A stretch of 64,000 nucleotides of DNA from Gammaproteobacteria bacterium. Its GTDB lineage: Bacteria; Pseudomonadota; Gammaproteobacteria; Eutrophobiales; Eutrophobiaceae. Below are positions 39,771-49,115 of this stretch, one piece after another. Both the position numbers and the translations under genes were made by a program. Where the stretch lies: contig OZ271833.1 in the NCBI GenBank assembly GCA_965601665.1, positions 1,060,451-1,124,450 of the forward strand, read 5' to 3'. How positions within the stretch are numbered: the first letter of the stretch is position 1; each line of letters starts with the position of its first letter. A model generated the notes under the pieces. That model saw only the letters and a program-made list of their open reading frames with translations, was not told the DNA's origin and made no database searches.

Positions 39771-41999
39771 ATGATAAAACTGGCTAAATTCTTTCTTCGC
39801 CTTTTCTTACGCCTGCTGTATCGGGTTGAAGTCACCGGCATGGAGAATTACCACAGTGCCGGCGACCGGGTGCTGATTGTCGCTAACCATACCTCCCTGC
39901 TGGATGGCGTGCTGTTATACGCCTGGCTACCTGAGACACCAACTTTCGCGATTAATACAGAGATAGCTTCTCGTCGCAGTTTTAAACCTTTTTTATGGTT
40001 CGTAGACCTGTTCGAGATGGACCCGCGTAACCCGCTCTCGGTCAAATCCATGGTCAAGTTCCTGAAGGACGATCGTAAGGCCGTTATGTTTCCCGAGGGG
40101 CGCATAACGGTGACAGGAACGTTGATGAAAATCTATGAAGGACCCGGCTTAATAGCTGACAAGAGCGAGGCTTCGATTCTTCCAATCGCCATTGAAGGAG
40201 GCCAGTTCAGCCGTTTTTCCTACATGAAAGGCAGAAGTAATGTCTACTGGTTTCCCAGGGTCAAGGTGCATGTATTGCCTGCTGAACAGATTACCCTTGG
40301 CAATAATCTCAGTGGTAATGAGCGTCGTAAGCAGGCAGCGCTTCAAATGCAGGACATCATGTACCGCGTTATCTATAGCTGTACCAATCAGAACCAGACC
40401 CTGTTTGAACAATTGCTCGAATCGAGAAACCGTTTTGGCAAGAAACAGATCATCCTTGAAGATCTAAAAAGAGAAACACTCGACTTCAAGGGACTGATAC
40501 TACGTTGCCTGGTGTTAAGCCAGTTAATCAAAAAACGCACCAAGGCTGCTGAACACGTAGGTGTCTTGCTGCCGAATGTGAATGCAATGGCGATTACGTT
40601 TTTCGCACTGCAGTTTATTGGTCGTATTCCGGCCATGCTTAACTATACGTCTGGCGCATTAACGATTAAACGCTGTTGCAAAACCGCGGATATACACACG
40701 GTACTCACCTCGAGGCAATTCATTGAAAAAGCAAACCTTGAAACAGTCATCAATGAACTGGCCCGGGATGTAGATATCGTATACCTGGAAGACTTCAAGG
40801 GCGAGGTTGGTCTGTTCACCAAGTTATCTGCGCTCTATAAAAGCCGCAATCCGAAACGTCACTACCTGAAACAACAGATCAATAGCAATCCCCAGGCTGC
40901 GGCCGTCATTCTGTTTACTTCTGGCTCAGAAGGACAACCTAAAGGTGTCGTGCTCTCCCATCAAAACCTGCTATCGAATTTTGCACAGGTACGTTGCCAC
41001 ATCAACTTTAAAACAACCGACATCGTGTTTTGCTGCCTGCCGCTGTTTCATTCGTTTGGACTCAATGCCGGTTTACTGATGCCGGTGTTTGGTGGTGGCA
41101 AGGTGTTTCTTTATCCTTCGCCTTTGCATTACCGCATCGTGCCGGAACTGATTTACGAATTACAGGCAACGATTTTTTATGCAACCAATACCTTCTACAA
41201 GGGCTATGCCCGCTATGCCCATGCCTATGATTTTGATTCGATCGACTTTATGGTTGCAGGCGCTGAAAAACTGCATGAAGACACGATGCATACCTATATG
41301 CATCGTTTTGGGCATCGCATTTACCAGGGTTATGGCGTAACCGAAACCAGCCCGGTCATTTCCGTTAATAACAAGATACAGAACAAATCCGGAACCGTTG
41401 GGCGTATCGTTCCCGATATGGATTACTACCTTGAACCGGTCGAGGGTATCGATAACGGCGGCAAACTTGTGGTACGCGGACCTAACGTGATGCTTGGCTA
41501 CCTGCTACACGACAAACCGGGCGTCGTACAACCACCCTCGACCAGTCGTGGCGCAGGCTGGTACGACACCGGCGATATCGCCGATGTCGATCGCGAAGGC
41601 TATATCACTATCCTTGGTCGGGCCAAGCGTTTTGCCAAGGTCGGAGGCGAAATGGTTTCACTATCTTCAGTAGAAGAACTGGCCACGCTGGCGTGGCCGA
41701 ATATTCCTCATGCCGCCGTGGCGGTTCCGGATGAGCGCAAGGGTGAACGCATCATCCTGGTTACTGAAAACCAGCAAGCAGAGCGCAAACATCTGCTTGA
41801 ACAGGCACATAAACACCACATAGGCGAAATGAATATTCCCAGGGAAATATTGCTGGTCGACAAGATACCGGTACTGGGTACAGGCAAGATTGATTACATT
41901 ACGCTGACCAGGCAGGTAACGGGCGAAGATGATGAAAATTCAAAGGCTGGCTGGGTAGGAAAACTGAAAAAACTGGTTGACCACGAAACTGGTCAGTAA
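39771..41999 (+). CDS. aas: bifunctional 2-acylglycerophosphoethanolamine acyltransferase / acyl-ACP synthetase
   Basis: N-terminal PlsC-type HX4D box (ANHTSLLDG) and a C-terminal AMP-binding domain (FTSGSEGQPKGV, GYGVTETS). Confidence 0.85.
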   Translation: MIKLAKFFLRLFLRLLYRVEVTGMENYHSAGDRVLIVANHTSLLDGVLLYAWLPETPTFAINTEIASRRSFKPFLWFVDLFEMDPRNPLSVKSMVKFLKDDRKAVMFPEGRITVTGTLMKIYEGPGLIADKSEASILPIAIEGGQFSRFSYMKGRSNVYWFPRVKVHVLPAEQITLGNNLSGNERRKQAALQMQDIMYRVIYSCTNQNQTLFEQLLESRNRFGKKQIILEDLKRETLDFKGLILRCLVLSQLIKKRTKAAEHVGVLLPNVNAMAITFFALQFIGRIPAMLNYTSGALTIKRCCKTADIHTVLTSRQFIEKANLETVINELARDVDIVYLEDFKGEVGLFTKLSALYKSRNPKRHYLKQQINSNPQAAAVILFTSGSEGQPKGVVLSHQNLLSNFAQVRCHINFKTTDIVFCCLPLFHSFGLNAGLLMPVFGGGKVFLYPSPLHYRIVPELIYELQATIFYATNTFYKGYARYAHAYDFDSIDFMVAGAEKLHEDTMHTYMHRFGHRIYQGYGVTETSPVISVNNKIQNKSGTVGRIVPDMDYYLEPVEGIDNGGKLVVRGPNVMLGYLLHDKPGVVQPPSTSRGAGWYDTGDIADVDREGYITILGRAKRFAKVGGEMVSLSSVEELATLAWPNIPHAAVAVPDERKGERIILVTENQQAERKHLLEQAHKHHIGEMNIPREILLVDKIPVLGTGKIDYITLTRQVTGEDDENSKAGWVGKLKKLVDHETGQ

Positions 42000-42500
42000 C
42001 TAGTTATCCATTTCATAGTCAATTGCGATAACGATATAGGTTGTTGACTGACCGCCATGGTTAAACTCGAATTCATCATCTACCGCCTTACCAAGCAATA
42101 ACTTCGATAATGGTGCATCCACGGTAATGTAGTGGGCATGCTGATCAAATTCATCTGCGCCCACAACGCGGTAACGTTTCTCCTGTCCGCGCTCATCTTC
42201 AAGCGTGACCCAGGCGCCAAAGTAAACCCTAGACTGATCCTGTACCTCTTTCACAATCTTGAGTTCCGGCATCCGCCGCTGCAGGTAGCCGATACGCGAG
42301 TCAATTTCACGTAGTTGTTTTTTCCGATAAATATATTCCGCGTTCTCGGAGCGATCGCCTTCAGCGGCGGCGGCGGCGAGTATTTTTGCCACCTCGTGAC
42401 GTTTTTGCCACAACTCTGCTGACTCCTGCTCAAGCTTCCGATAACCACACGCCGTAATGTACGGCGCGGACTTTGGTGCAGGTGGACGCCAACGACCCAT
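42000..42500 (-). CDS. greB: transcription elongation factor GreB
   Basis: GDRSENAEYIYRKKQLREIDSRIGYL and VYFGAWV match GreB more closely than GreA. Confidence 0.87.
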   Translation of the reverse strand: MGRWRPPAPKSAPYITACGYRKLEQESAELWQKRHEVAKILAAAAAEGDRSENAEYIYRKKQLREIDSRIGYLQRRMPELKIVKEVQDQSRVYFGAWVTLEDERGQEKRYRVVGADEFDQHAHYITVDAPLSKLLLGKAVDDEFEFNHGGQSTTYIVIAIDYEMDN

Positions 42501-42502
42501 GG

Positions 42503-43171
42503 CTAGTCAACCGACCGCGCGAGGATCATGCTGATCTGGCAGTAGGGCAAATCACTCTGGGCCTGCCATTCGTTCATACACGCCTGCACCTGGTCAAGCT
42601 GTGCCCTGTTTTTGGGTACAAAGTCAATCGCACCCCAGCGACCCAGCGCCCTGATAACATCGGTCGTTAACAGGAAGGTATCTTTACGTATGCGTCTCAG
42701 GAAGTAGGACGCAGAAGTACCACCAAGTTGTTTAAAGTGTTTTTGCAACATACGCCATAAGGCAACCGTATCCTCACCCGGCCAATCAGCAAGATGACCG
42801 GTAAAACTACCGTGTTGCTCATTTAGCTCATGTATTGCCTGTGCATTGTGACGCACGCTCTGTATTTTCCCACGGTGGCGTACGATACGCCTGTCCTGCA
42901 TTAACTGGTCAAGATACTCATCACTCATCATGCGTGTGGCATCGATATCAAACTGGTGAAAGACCTGTTCAAATGCAGGCCACTTGTTATCAATCATCTT
43001 CTGGTTTAAACCTGCCTGAAATATACGGTGGGTCATTTCCGACAGGCAAAACGCATCTTGTAGTGCTCTGAGTTGACGTGTTGTTCGCGGTCTGGGCAAG
43101 CTGGTCTGCAATGCGTGTTCACCACCGGCACGGGCGATAGCATGCTCATGAATAGCTGAAAAGTGTTGCAT
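42503..43171 (-). CDS. DNA-3-methyladenine glycosylase I (Tag)-like family protein, divergent
   Basis: The core IVRHRGKIQSVRHNAQA resembles Tag IIRHRGKIQA. The N-terminal YHDxEWG and Zn-ligand region of E. coli Tag is not evident. Confidence 0.6.
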   Translation of the reverse strand: MQHFSAIHEHAIARAGGEHALQTSLPRPRTTRQLRALQDAFCLSEMTHRIFQAGLNQKMIDNKWPAFEQVFHQFDIDATRMMSDEYLDQLMQDRRIVRHRGKIQSVRHNAQAIHELNEQHGSFTGHLADWPGEDTVALWRMLQKHFKQLGGTSASYFLRRIRKDTFLLTTDVIRALGRWGAIDFVPKNRAQLDQVQACMNEWQAQSDLPYCQISMILARSVD

Positions 43172-43273
43172 AGAACGATTAGTACACGATCTGGCGTTGC
43201 TCTACAACAACACTGACTGACACCGGTTAAGCCGTTACACTAACAGCCATCCTAAACAATAAGGGCAGCATGA

Positions 43274-43789
43274 ATGGAAAGATTGAAAGCACATATACGC
43301 AACATCCCGGACTTTCCGGAACCAGGTATACAGTTCAAGGATATAACGCCTCTGGTCAAGCAACCGGACATGCTAAGACTGGCCGTGCATCAACTAATCC
43401 ATCCATTCCTGGGCAGGAATATTACCTATGTTGCCGGCATGGAGGCGCGGGGGTTTATCTTTGGCACGCTTGCGGCCTGGGAACTGGGCGTGGGTTTTAT
43501 CCCGTTAAGAAAACCGGGCAAGTTACCCTACGATGTGGAAAGCCTGTCGTATGACCTTGAGTACGGTTCTGCCTCGCTGGAGGTGCATGTTGACGCTATT
43601 GAACAAGGCGATCGCATATTGTTGATTGATGATCTCATCGCCACTGGCGGTACCGCTGCAGCCAGTTGTGAACTGATTACCAAACTGGGCGGCGAAATCG
43701 CGGGTTGTGCTTTCGTTGTCGAGCTGGATCTCCTCAACGGCCGCGAAAAACTTGCAAAGTACGAAGTGCACTCGCTCATTCATTACTAG
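43274..43789 (+). CDS. apt: adenine phosphoribosyltransferase
   Basis: IRNIPDFPEPGIQFKDITPL and the PRPP loop ILLIDDLIATGGTA. Confidence 0.95.
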   Translation: MERLKAHIRNIPDFPEPGIQFKDITPLVKQPDMLRLAVHQLIHPFLGRNITYVAGMEARGFIFGTLAAWELGVGFIPLRKPGKLPYDVESLSYDLEYGSASLEVHVDAIEQGDRILLIDDLIATGGTAAASCELITKLGGEIAGCAFVVELDLLNGREKLAKYEVHSLIHY

Positions 43790-43799
43790 CTGAGTTCAG

Positions 43800-44351
43800 C
43801 TAGAGCTCAAAATCATTCCAGTCATCAGCCCCAAGATTATCGTAATAGCGTTCAGGACGAATAGCCTCGTGCGTCAGCGTGCCTGAAAACAGCGCTTCAA
43901 CATCATTTATCATCCTGGTTATCAGCTGCAACAATTCATTGCGTCTGGCGGCCTCGTAGGCGGCATCACGCCACGCGCTGACAGTACGGTTAATAATTAC
44001 TCGCTCTGGTGACAACTTGGCCCACTCGCCCGAAATCATTTGACCCAGGTAATCAAGTCGGGCAGCCGTCATAACATAGTTTTCTGCTGGAACGTCCTGC
44101 AAGACGTCCAGGGAAATTTGATGCCAGCCCCTTAACGCATTGTAACCCTCGTAGAATTTCACTACCCAGTAGAGGTATTCGTCCTGTGACTGCACGGACT
44201 GGTTGATCTTGTCTTGTTCATACAACAGTTGATAGTGGGCCCGCGAAGGCATGTTAGTCGGCCAGTCCTCATCTCTGATTGGCGTCGAACCGCAAGCACT
44301 CAATAGCAGTAACAGGTTTACGACGAACAGCGGCAGCAGTTCAGGCTTCAT
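43800..44351 (-). CDS. lipoprotein of unknown function
   Basis: Signal peptide with lipobox LLLSAC. No family recognised. Confidence 0.55.
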   Translation of the reverse strand: MKPELLPLFVVNLLLLLSACGSTPIRDEDWPTNMPSRAHYQLLYEQDKINQSVQSQDEYLYWVVKFYEGYNALRGWHQISLDVLQDVPAENYVMTAARLDYLGQMISGEWAKLSPERVIINRTVSAWRDAAYEAARRNELLQLITRMINDVEALFSGTLTHEAIRPERYYDNLGADDWNDFEL

Positions 44352-44582
44352 GACAGTGCTAGACAGCTACGTGAACATGACGACCCTTGGCGGCAGCAAG
44401 CAGGATTGCAGACAGGAAAACAATAAACGCAGGAGGCACTGGCAATGGCGTGAGCGTTATCAAAGTACTGCCATTTATACCGCCGTTCAAAGTGAGTTCG
44501 CCAACAGGCGTAATGATCAGTTCGTCTAAATAAGATAGCGTTATGTCTCCCGCAGTCGAAGTTAGCAACTGAATATGACATA

Positions 44583-45797
44583 GTGATTAATGATTACAAA
44601 GTGCTTTCAACACGTTATATGTTACAACAACACATCAGGGTCTTTATCGCGGGAATCTGCAGTCTGGTATTAACACTTGGAATTGCACGTTTTGCCTACA
44701 CTCCGCTGTTACAAGTCATGCAGGATGCTGAGGTCCTGAACGATGCGATTGGTGGCTGGTTAGCAGCCTTCAACTACATGGGTTACCTGACCGGTACCGT
44801 CATCGCTGCATCAATTTCCAACCTGCAAATCAAGGACCGCTTATACCGTGTTTCACTGGTTATCGCAGTGCTTAGTACGATGGGCATGGCCATGACAGAA
44901 AACTGGGTCATCTGGGCCATCCTGCGGTATTTTGCAGGCACAACGGCTGCGGGCGGCCTGTTACTTGGATCAGGCCTGATACTGAACTGGCTGATTCGCC
45001 ACGGTCATCGAATGGAGCTTGGTGTGCATTTTGGCGGCGTCGGCGTTGGCATTGCCATAACTGCTGTGGCGGTAGAATGGATGACACCCGCGTTTTCCTG
45101 GGTCGAGCAGTGGGAATTATTTACTGTGCTTGCGGTACTGACTGCCCTGCCCGCCTGGTTCTGGTTACCACGACCGGAAAGCCACGATACAACCCATACC
45201 GGACAACAGCTAAAGGACACCCCGCCGTCCAGGCGCTGGTTGCGCCTGCTGACGCTTAGCTACTTCTGCGTTGGTATCGGTTATGTCGTTTATGCCACGT
45301 TCCTGGTTGTGATCGCCAATAACCAGCCCGGCCTGCAGGGGTATGGTAACTGGGCCTGGTTACTGGTCGGCCTGACTACGATTCCCTCTTGCGTTATGTG
45401 GGACCGCATTGCAAGACGGTTCGGCGAGTTACAGGCCATGATCTTTGCCTACTCGTTTATGACATTAAGTATCTTCATTATGGCATTTGATGTGCCGGTA
45501 TCTTTGCTGATCATTAGCGCATTGATATACGGCGGCACCATGATGGGTATTGTCAGCCTGATACTGACATTGGTTGGCAAGTTCTACCCGACAAGACCTG
45601 CCAAACCCATGGGCAAGATTTCTTTTTTTTATGCCATCGCGCAAATCATTGCACCAGCCGGCGCTGGTTACATTGCAGAGATTACCGGTCGCTATTCCAT
45701 GGCTATGCTGATTGCAACGGCGGTCATGGTCATTGGCACTATCATTCTCGTGCAATTAAGCAGGGTGTCGCCTTTTGATGGCGTTCAGCCTGGATAG
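44583..45797 (+). CDS. MFS transporter (YbfB/YjiJ-like)
   Basis: About 12 TM segments. The N-terminus GIARFAYTPLLQVM is typical of this MFS subgroup. Start is uncertain (GTG at 44583 or ATG at 44619). Confidence 0.7.
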   Translation: MINDYKVLSTRYMLQQHIRVFIAGICSLVLTLGIARFAYTPLLQVMQDAEVLNDAIGGWLAAFNYMGYLTGTVIAASISNLQIKDRLYRVSLVIAVLSTMGMAMTENWVIWAILRYFAGTTAAGGLLLGSGLILNWLIRHGHRMELGVHFGGVGVGIAITAVAVEWMTPAFSWVEQWELFTVLAVLTALPAWFWLPRPESHDTTHTGQQLKDTPPSRRWLRLLTLSYFCVGIGYVVYATFLVVIANNQPGLQGYGNWAWLLVGLTTIPSCVMWDRIARRFGELQAMIFAYSFMTLSIFIMAFDVPVSLLIISALIYGGTMMGIVSLILTLVGKFYPTRPAKPMGKISFFYAIAQIIAPAGAGYIAEITGRYSMAMLIATAVMVIGTIILVQLSRVSPFDGVQPG

Positions 45798-46184
45798 TCA
45801 GCCTTGCTCGTCCTGCCAGGCTTCAATCACTTCCTTTGCAGCCCGAAACGCTTCCTGTGCGGCAGGTGCGCCACAGTAAACCAGCGAGTGCAGTAGCACC
45901 TCCTGGATTTCCTCGATCGTACAGCCATTATTCAACGCACCCCTGACATGACCTTTTAATTCAGCCGGGGCTTTCAGGGCGGTCAGCATTGCAATAGTTA
46001 CCAGCGAACGTGTTTGCCTTGGTAAACCTTCACGCTGCCATGTCGACCCCCATGCATGTTCGTTTAACCAGTCCTGCAACGGTTCAGTCAGTGCAGTCGT
46101 GTTACTCATCGCTCTGTCGACGAATTCGCTACCCATCACCTCGGTCCTGACTGTCAGGCCTGCTTTTTTCGTTTGCTCGGACAT
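45798..46184 (-). CDS. carboxymuconolactone decarboxylase (CMD/AhpD-like) family protein
   Basis: 128 aa with ...HAWGSTWQREGLPRQTRSLVTIAMLTAL...ELKGHVRGALNNGCT..EI.EVLLH...YCGAPAA. Confidence 0.78.
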   Translation of the reverse strand: MSEQTKKAGLTVRTEVMGSEFVDRAMSNTTALTEPLQDWLNEHAWGSTWQREGLPRQTRSLVTIAMLTALKAPAELKGHVRGALNNGCTIEEIQEVLLHSLVYCGAPAAQEAFRAAKEVIEAWQDEQG

Positions 46185-46186
46185 GT

Positions 46187-46942
46187 TTATACCAATCCCC
46201 CATTTACCTTGATAACCTCGCCGGTTATGTAAGCTGATTCATCGGATGCCAGGAATACCACGGCAGCGGCCACATCTTCCGGGCGGCCAAAACGCGCCAG
46301 CGGAATTTCTGCAATACGCGCATTGTAATAGTCTTCTGCCATGGCCTCCTCGACAAACGCAGTCGCAATCCAGCCTGGTGATATTACGTTGGCCCTGATT
46401 GATGGACCGCAGGAACGTGCAAAAGAACGGGTAAAACCCAACACACCGGCCTTGGTTGCAGCGAACAGTTGTGGATTAGTACCTTCAAAACCGTGCGTTG
46501 CCAGGTCCCAACTCATGTTGACGAAAACACCAGTTCCCTGCTGTTGAAAGTAAGCTTGTACTACATAACACGCATTGATAGTGCCTTTTAAATCTACAGC
46601 AATGAGTTGGTCCAGTTTTTCTGTTACCGATTCCTCGGCCAGGCTACTGGTCAGGATATCGGCGCCGGCATTGTTAACCCAGGCATCAACACGTCCCATT
46701 TTCCGCACACTATTATCAAGAAGAGACTGTATGTCATCGTTCACTGACATGTCGCCCTGTATGGCGACGGCCCGTTGCCCCATTTGTTTTATGTCTGCGA
46801 CCACCCGGTCGGCTTTGTCTGCCGAATGGCGGTAGTTTACGACAACATCGGCGCCTTCTGTCGCACACGCAACGGCAATACCTCTGCCAATGCCGCTGCT
46901 GGCACCGGTAACCACGATGACTTTATCTTTAAGACGATTCAT
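46187..46942 (-). CDS. short-chain dehydrogenase/reductase (SDR)
   Basis: TGASSGIGRG cofactor motif, NNAG, and a catalytic region with AATKAG. Confidence 0.88.
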   Translation of the reverse strand: MNRLKDKVIVVTGASSGIGRGIAVACATEGADVVVNYRHSADKADRVVADIKQMGQRAVAIQGDMSVNDDIQSLLDNSVRKMGRVDAWVNNAGADILTSSLAEESVTEKLDQLIAVDLKGTINACYVVQAYFQQQGTGVFVNMSWDLATHGFEGTNPQLFAATKAGVLGFTRSFARSCGPSIRANVISPGWIATAFVEEAMAEDYYNARIAEIPLARFGRPEDVAAAVVFLASDESAYITGEVIKVNGGLV

Positions 46943-46997
46943 TTATGATGAAAATGAACAAAAGAAACGTATTCTAACTTCAAAGTGCCAGGCTGAC

Positions 46998-47825
46998 ATG
47001 TCCGATTTCTCTATCAGTGTGATCATTCCGGTGTATAACCGTTCGACGTTAATCGGACGTGCGCTGAAATCAATCTATAACCAAACGTACAGCGCTAAAG
47101 AGATTATCCTCGTCAATGATGGATCCACTGATGGGCTTGAAGCGTTGATAAATAAAGAGCACCCTGCAGTCACCTTGCTTAACCAGTCTAACCAGGGCGT
47201 TAGTGCGGCGCGGAATACCGGCATACGTACAGCGAGTGGTAACTGGATAGCATTACTGGATTCAGATGATAGCTGGCAAGCGGATAAACTGGCACGGCAA
47301 GTCCAGTGTTTGCAACAGAACCCCGGACACCACGTCTGTCATACCAATGAGACCTGGTATCGAAGTGGCCAGGTAGTGAATCAAAAGAAAAAACATGAAA
47401 AGATCGGTGGTCACATTTTCCAACATTGCCTGCCACTCTGTGCAATATCGCCCTCGTCGGTGCTTGTCAGAAAAAGCCTGTTTGACGAGGTGGGCCTGTT
47501 CGATGAAAACCTGCCAGCCTGTGAGGATTACGATATGTGGCTTCGTATCTGCAGCCAGTATCCTGTGCTGTATATTGATGAGGTTTTGACCAATAAGTAT
47601 GGTGGTCATGAAGGTCAATTGTCACAACAGTACTGGGGCATGGACCGCTTTCGTATCATGGCACTACAGAAATGCCTGGATACGGTACAACTTAACGAGA
47701 CAGATCGACAGGCGGCAATCAACATGCTACTGACAAAAATTGATATTTTCCTGCAAGGTGTCAAAAAACATGGCGAGAGCGAGTACAGTGAACAGTTCCA
47801 GCAACTCAGACAACGCTATGCTTGA
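46998..47825 (+). CDS. family 2 glycosyltransferase
   Basis: ISVIIPVYNRS ... VNDGSTD ... LDSDD (DXD). Confidence 0.85.
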   Translation: MSDFSISVIIPVYNRSTLIGRALKSIYNQTYSAKEIILVNDGSTDGLEALINKEHPAVTLLNQSNQGVSAARNTGIRTASGNWIALLDSDDSWQADKLARQVQCLQQNPGHHVCHTNETWYRSGQVVNQKKKHEKIGGHIFQHCLPLCAISPSSVLVRKSLFDEVGLFDENLPACEDYDMWLRICSQYPVLYIDEVLTNKYGGHEGQLSQQYWGMDRFRIMALQKCLDTVQLNETDRQAAINMLLTKIDIFLQGVKKHGESEYSEQFQQLRQRYA

Positions 47826-48276
47826 TAACATCAAAAACTACAGGCAGATCGATAACAAGCTACATACCTCGGCGCAGCCTGATGCAGAACAACTCCTGCA
47901 ATTGAAAAAAGCAGGTATTGATATTGTAATTAACCTCGCCCATGACCAGTCGCCCGGCGCCGTAGCTGATGAGGCTGAACGTATTGCGTCCCAGGGAATT
48001 CCCTATATCAACATCCCGGTTGATTTCCAGCAACCCAGGCATTCGGATTTCCAGTTGTTCGCGGAAACGATGGACAAACATGCAAACGACACCACGCTGG
48101 TACACTGTGCCTATAACTGGCGCGTTTCTGCCTTCGTTTATTTGTATCGCGTGCTATGTCGCGGTGTTGAACGCGAGCAGGCCGAGCAAGACATGCTGGC
48201 AATCTGGCAACCTGACGATACATGGCAAACCTTTATTGAAGCTTGCATGGCCAACCAAAAGCACAAACAAGGATAG
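47818..48276 (+). CDS. PTP-fold phosphatase-like protein (DUF442-type CX4R loop)
   Basis: LHTSAQP...GIDIVINLA...VHCAYNWRVS. Its start overlaps the GT2 stop (ATGCTTGA). Confidence 0.55.
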   Translation: MLDNIKNYRQIDNKLHTSAQPDAEQLLQLKKAGIDIVINLAHDQSPGAVADEAERIASQGIPYINIPVDFQQPRHSDFQLFAETMDKHANDTTLVHCAYNWRVSAFVYLYRVLCRGVEREQAEQDMLAIWQPDDTWQTFIEACMANQKHKQG

Positions 48277-48278
48277 CC

Positions 48279-49115
48279 ATGCTGCATTTGTTTACTGCCC
48301 TCAACTGTGAGGCCAGGCCGCTGATAGATCACCTGCACCTCAATGAACAGAAACCCCATGATTTATTCAGGCTGTTTACGGATGCCAATAACGACATCAG
48401 CCTTGTCATTACCGGCGTCGGTAAAACAGCATGTGCCGCGGCCGTCAGTTACCACCACGCCATTATTCATGCGTCAACAACAGATATCTGGTTGAACATT
48501 GGCGTTGCCGGACACAAGGACCTTGCAGCAGGACAGCCCTGTCTTGTTAACAAGATTACCGATGGTGGCAGTGGTGAAACCTGGTATCCACAGATTGTGT
48601 TTACCCCTCCATGCCGCACCATGCCTCTGCTCACATTGGAACAACCGTCTGCCGACTACCAACCCATCCTGTACGATATGGAGGCCGCCGGTTTTTATGC
48701 TATCGCCAGTCGCCTTGGCACCAGTGAGCTGATTCATTGCATCAAGATCGTGTCGGATAATGCACTCTCTGACGGCTTCAGTGTCAATGCCAGGGCAGTA
48801 AAAAACTACGTCTGGAATAGCATCGACACCATAGATAAACTGATGGACAGCCTGCACAAGCTATCGTCTGAACTGCAAATGGCTTCCGCCAAACCGCATG
48901 ACTATGACACGATTGTGAATCATTGGCACTTCACACAAACACAACAGCACCAGTTGCTACAACTGTTACGCCGCTGGACGTTATTAGGTAATCAGGACGA
49001 CGTCAGCGAGTTCATCGCTGGTGCTGATTCTGCCAAAAATATTATTCAACGCCTGACGAACGAACTCGACAGCAAGATATATAATCCGCGCAATACTGGT
49101 CGCAGCCGATCATGA
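48279..49115 (+). CDS. nucleoside phosphorylase / MTA-SAH nucleosidase-like protein with a C-terminal extension
   Basis: ITGVGKTACA, IGVAG and DMEAAG motifs of the PNP_UDP_1 / MtnN / HpnG-type fold, followed by a C-terminal region of roughly 90-100 aa that I could not assign to a family. Confidence 0.55.
   Translation: MLHLFTALNCEARPLIDHLHLNEQKPHDLFRLFTDANNDISLVITGVGKTACAAAVSYHHAIIHASTTDIWLNIGVAGHKDLAAGQPCLVNKITDGGSGETWYPQIVFTPPCRTMPLLTLEQPSADYQPILYDMEAAGFYAIASRLGTSELIHCIKIVSDNALSDGFSVNARAVKNYVWNSIDTIDKLMDSLHKLSSELQMASAKPHDYDTIVNHWHFTQTQQHQLLQLLRRWTLLGNQDDVSEFIAGADSAKNIIQRLTNELDSKIYNPRNTGRSRS

Noticed and set aside
44359-44568. 69-codon minus-strand ORF whose C-terminus (TPLPVPPAFIVFLSAILLAAAKGRH) resembles a PEP-CTERM / VPLPA-CTERM sorting signal
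   Set aside because: It has only a TTG start, no ATG, no signal peptide and no Shine-Dalgarno. Two other overlapping ORFs occupy the same 230 bp. At best it is a remnant of a larger gene, and I cannot support it as a feature.
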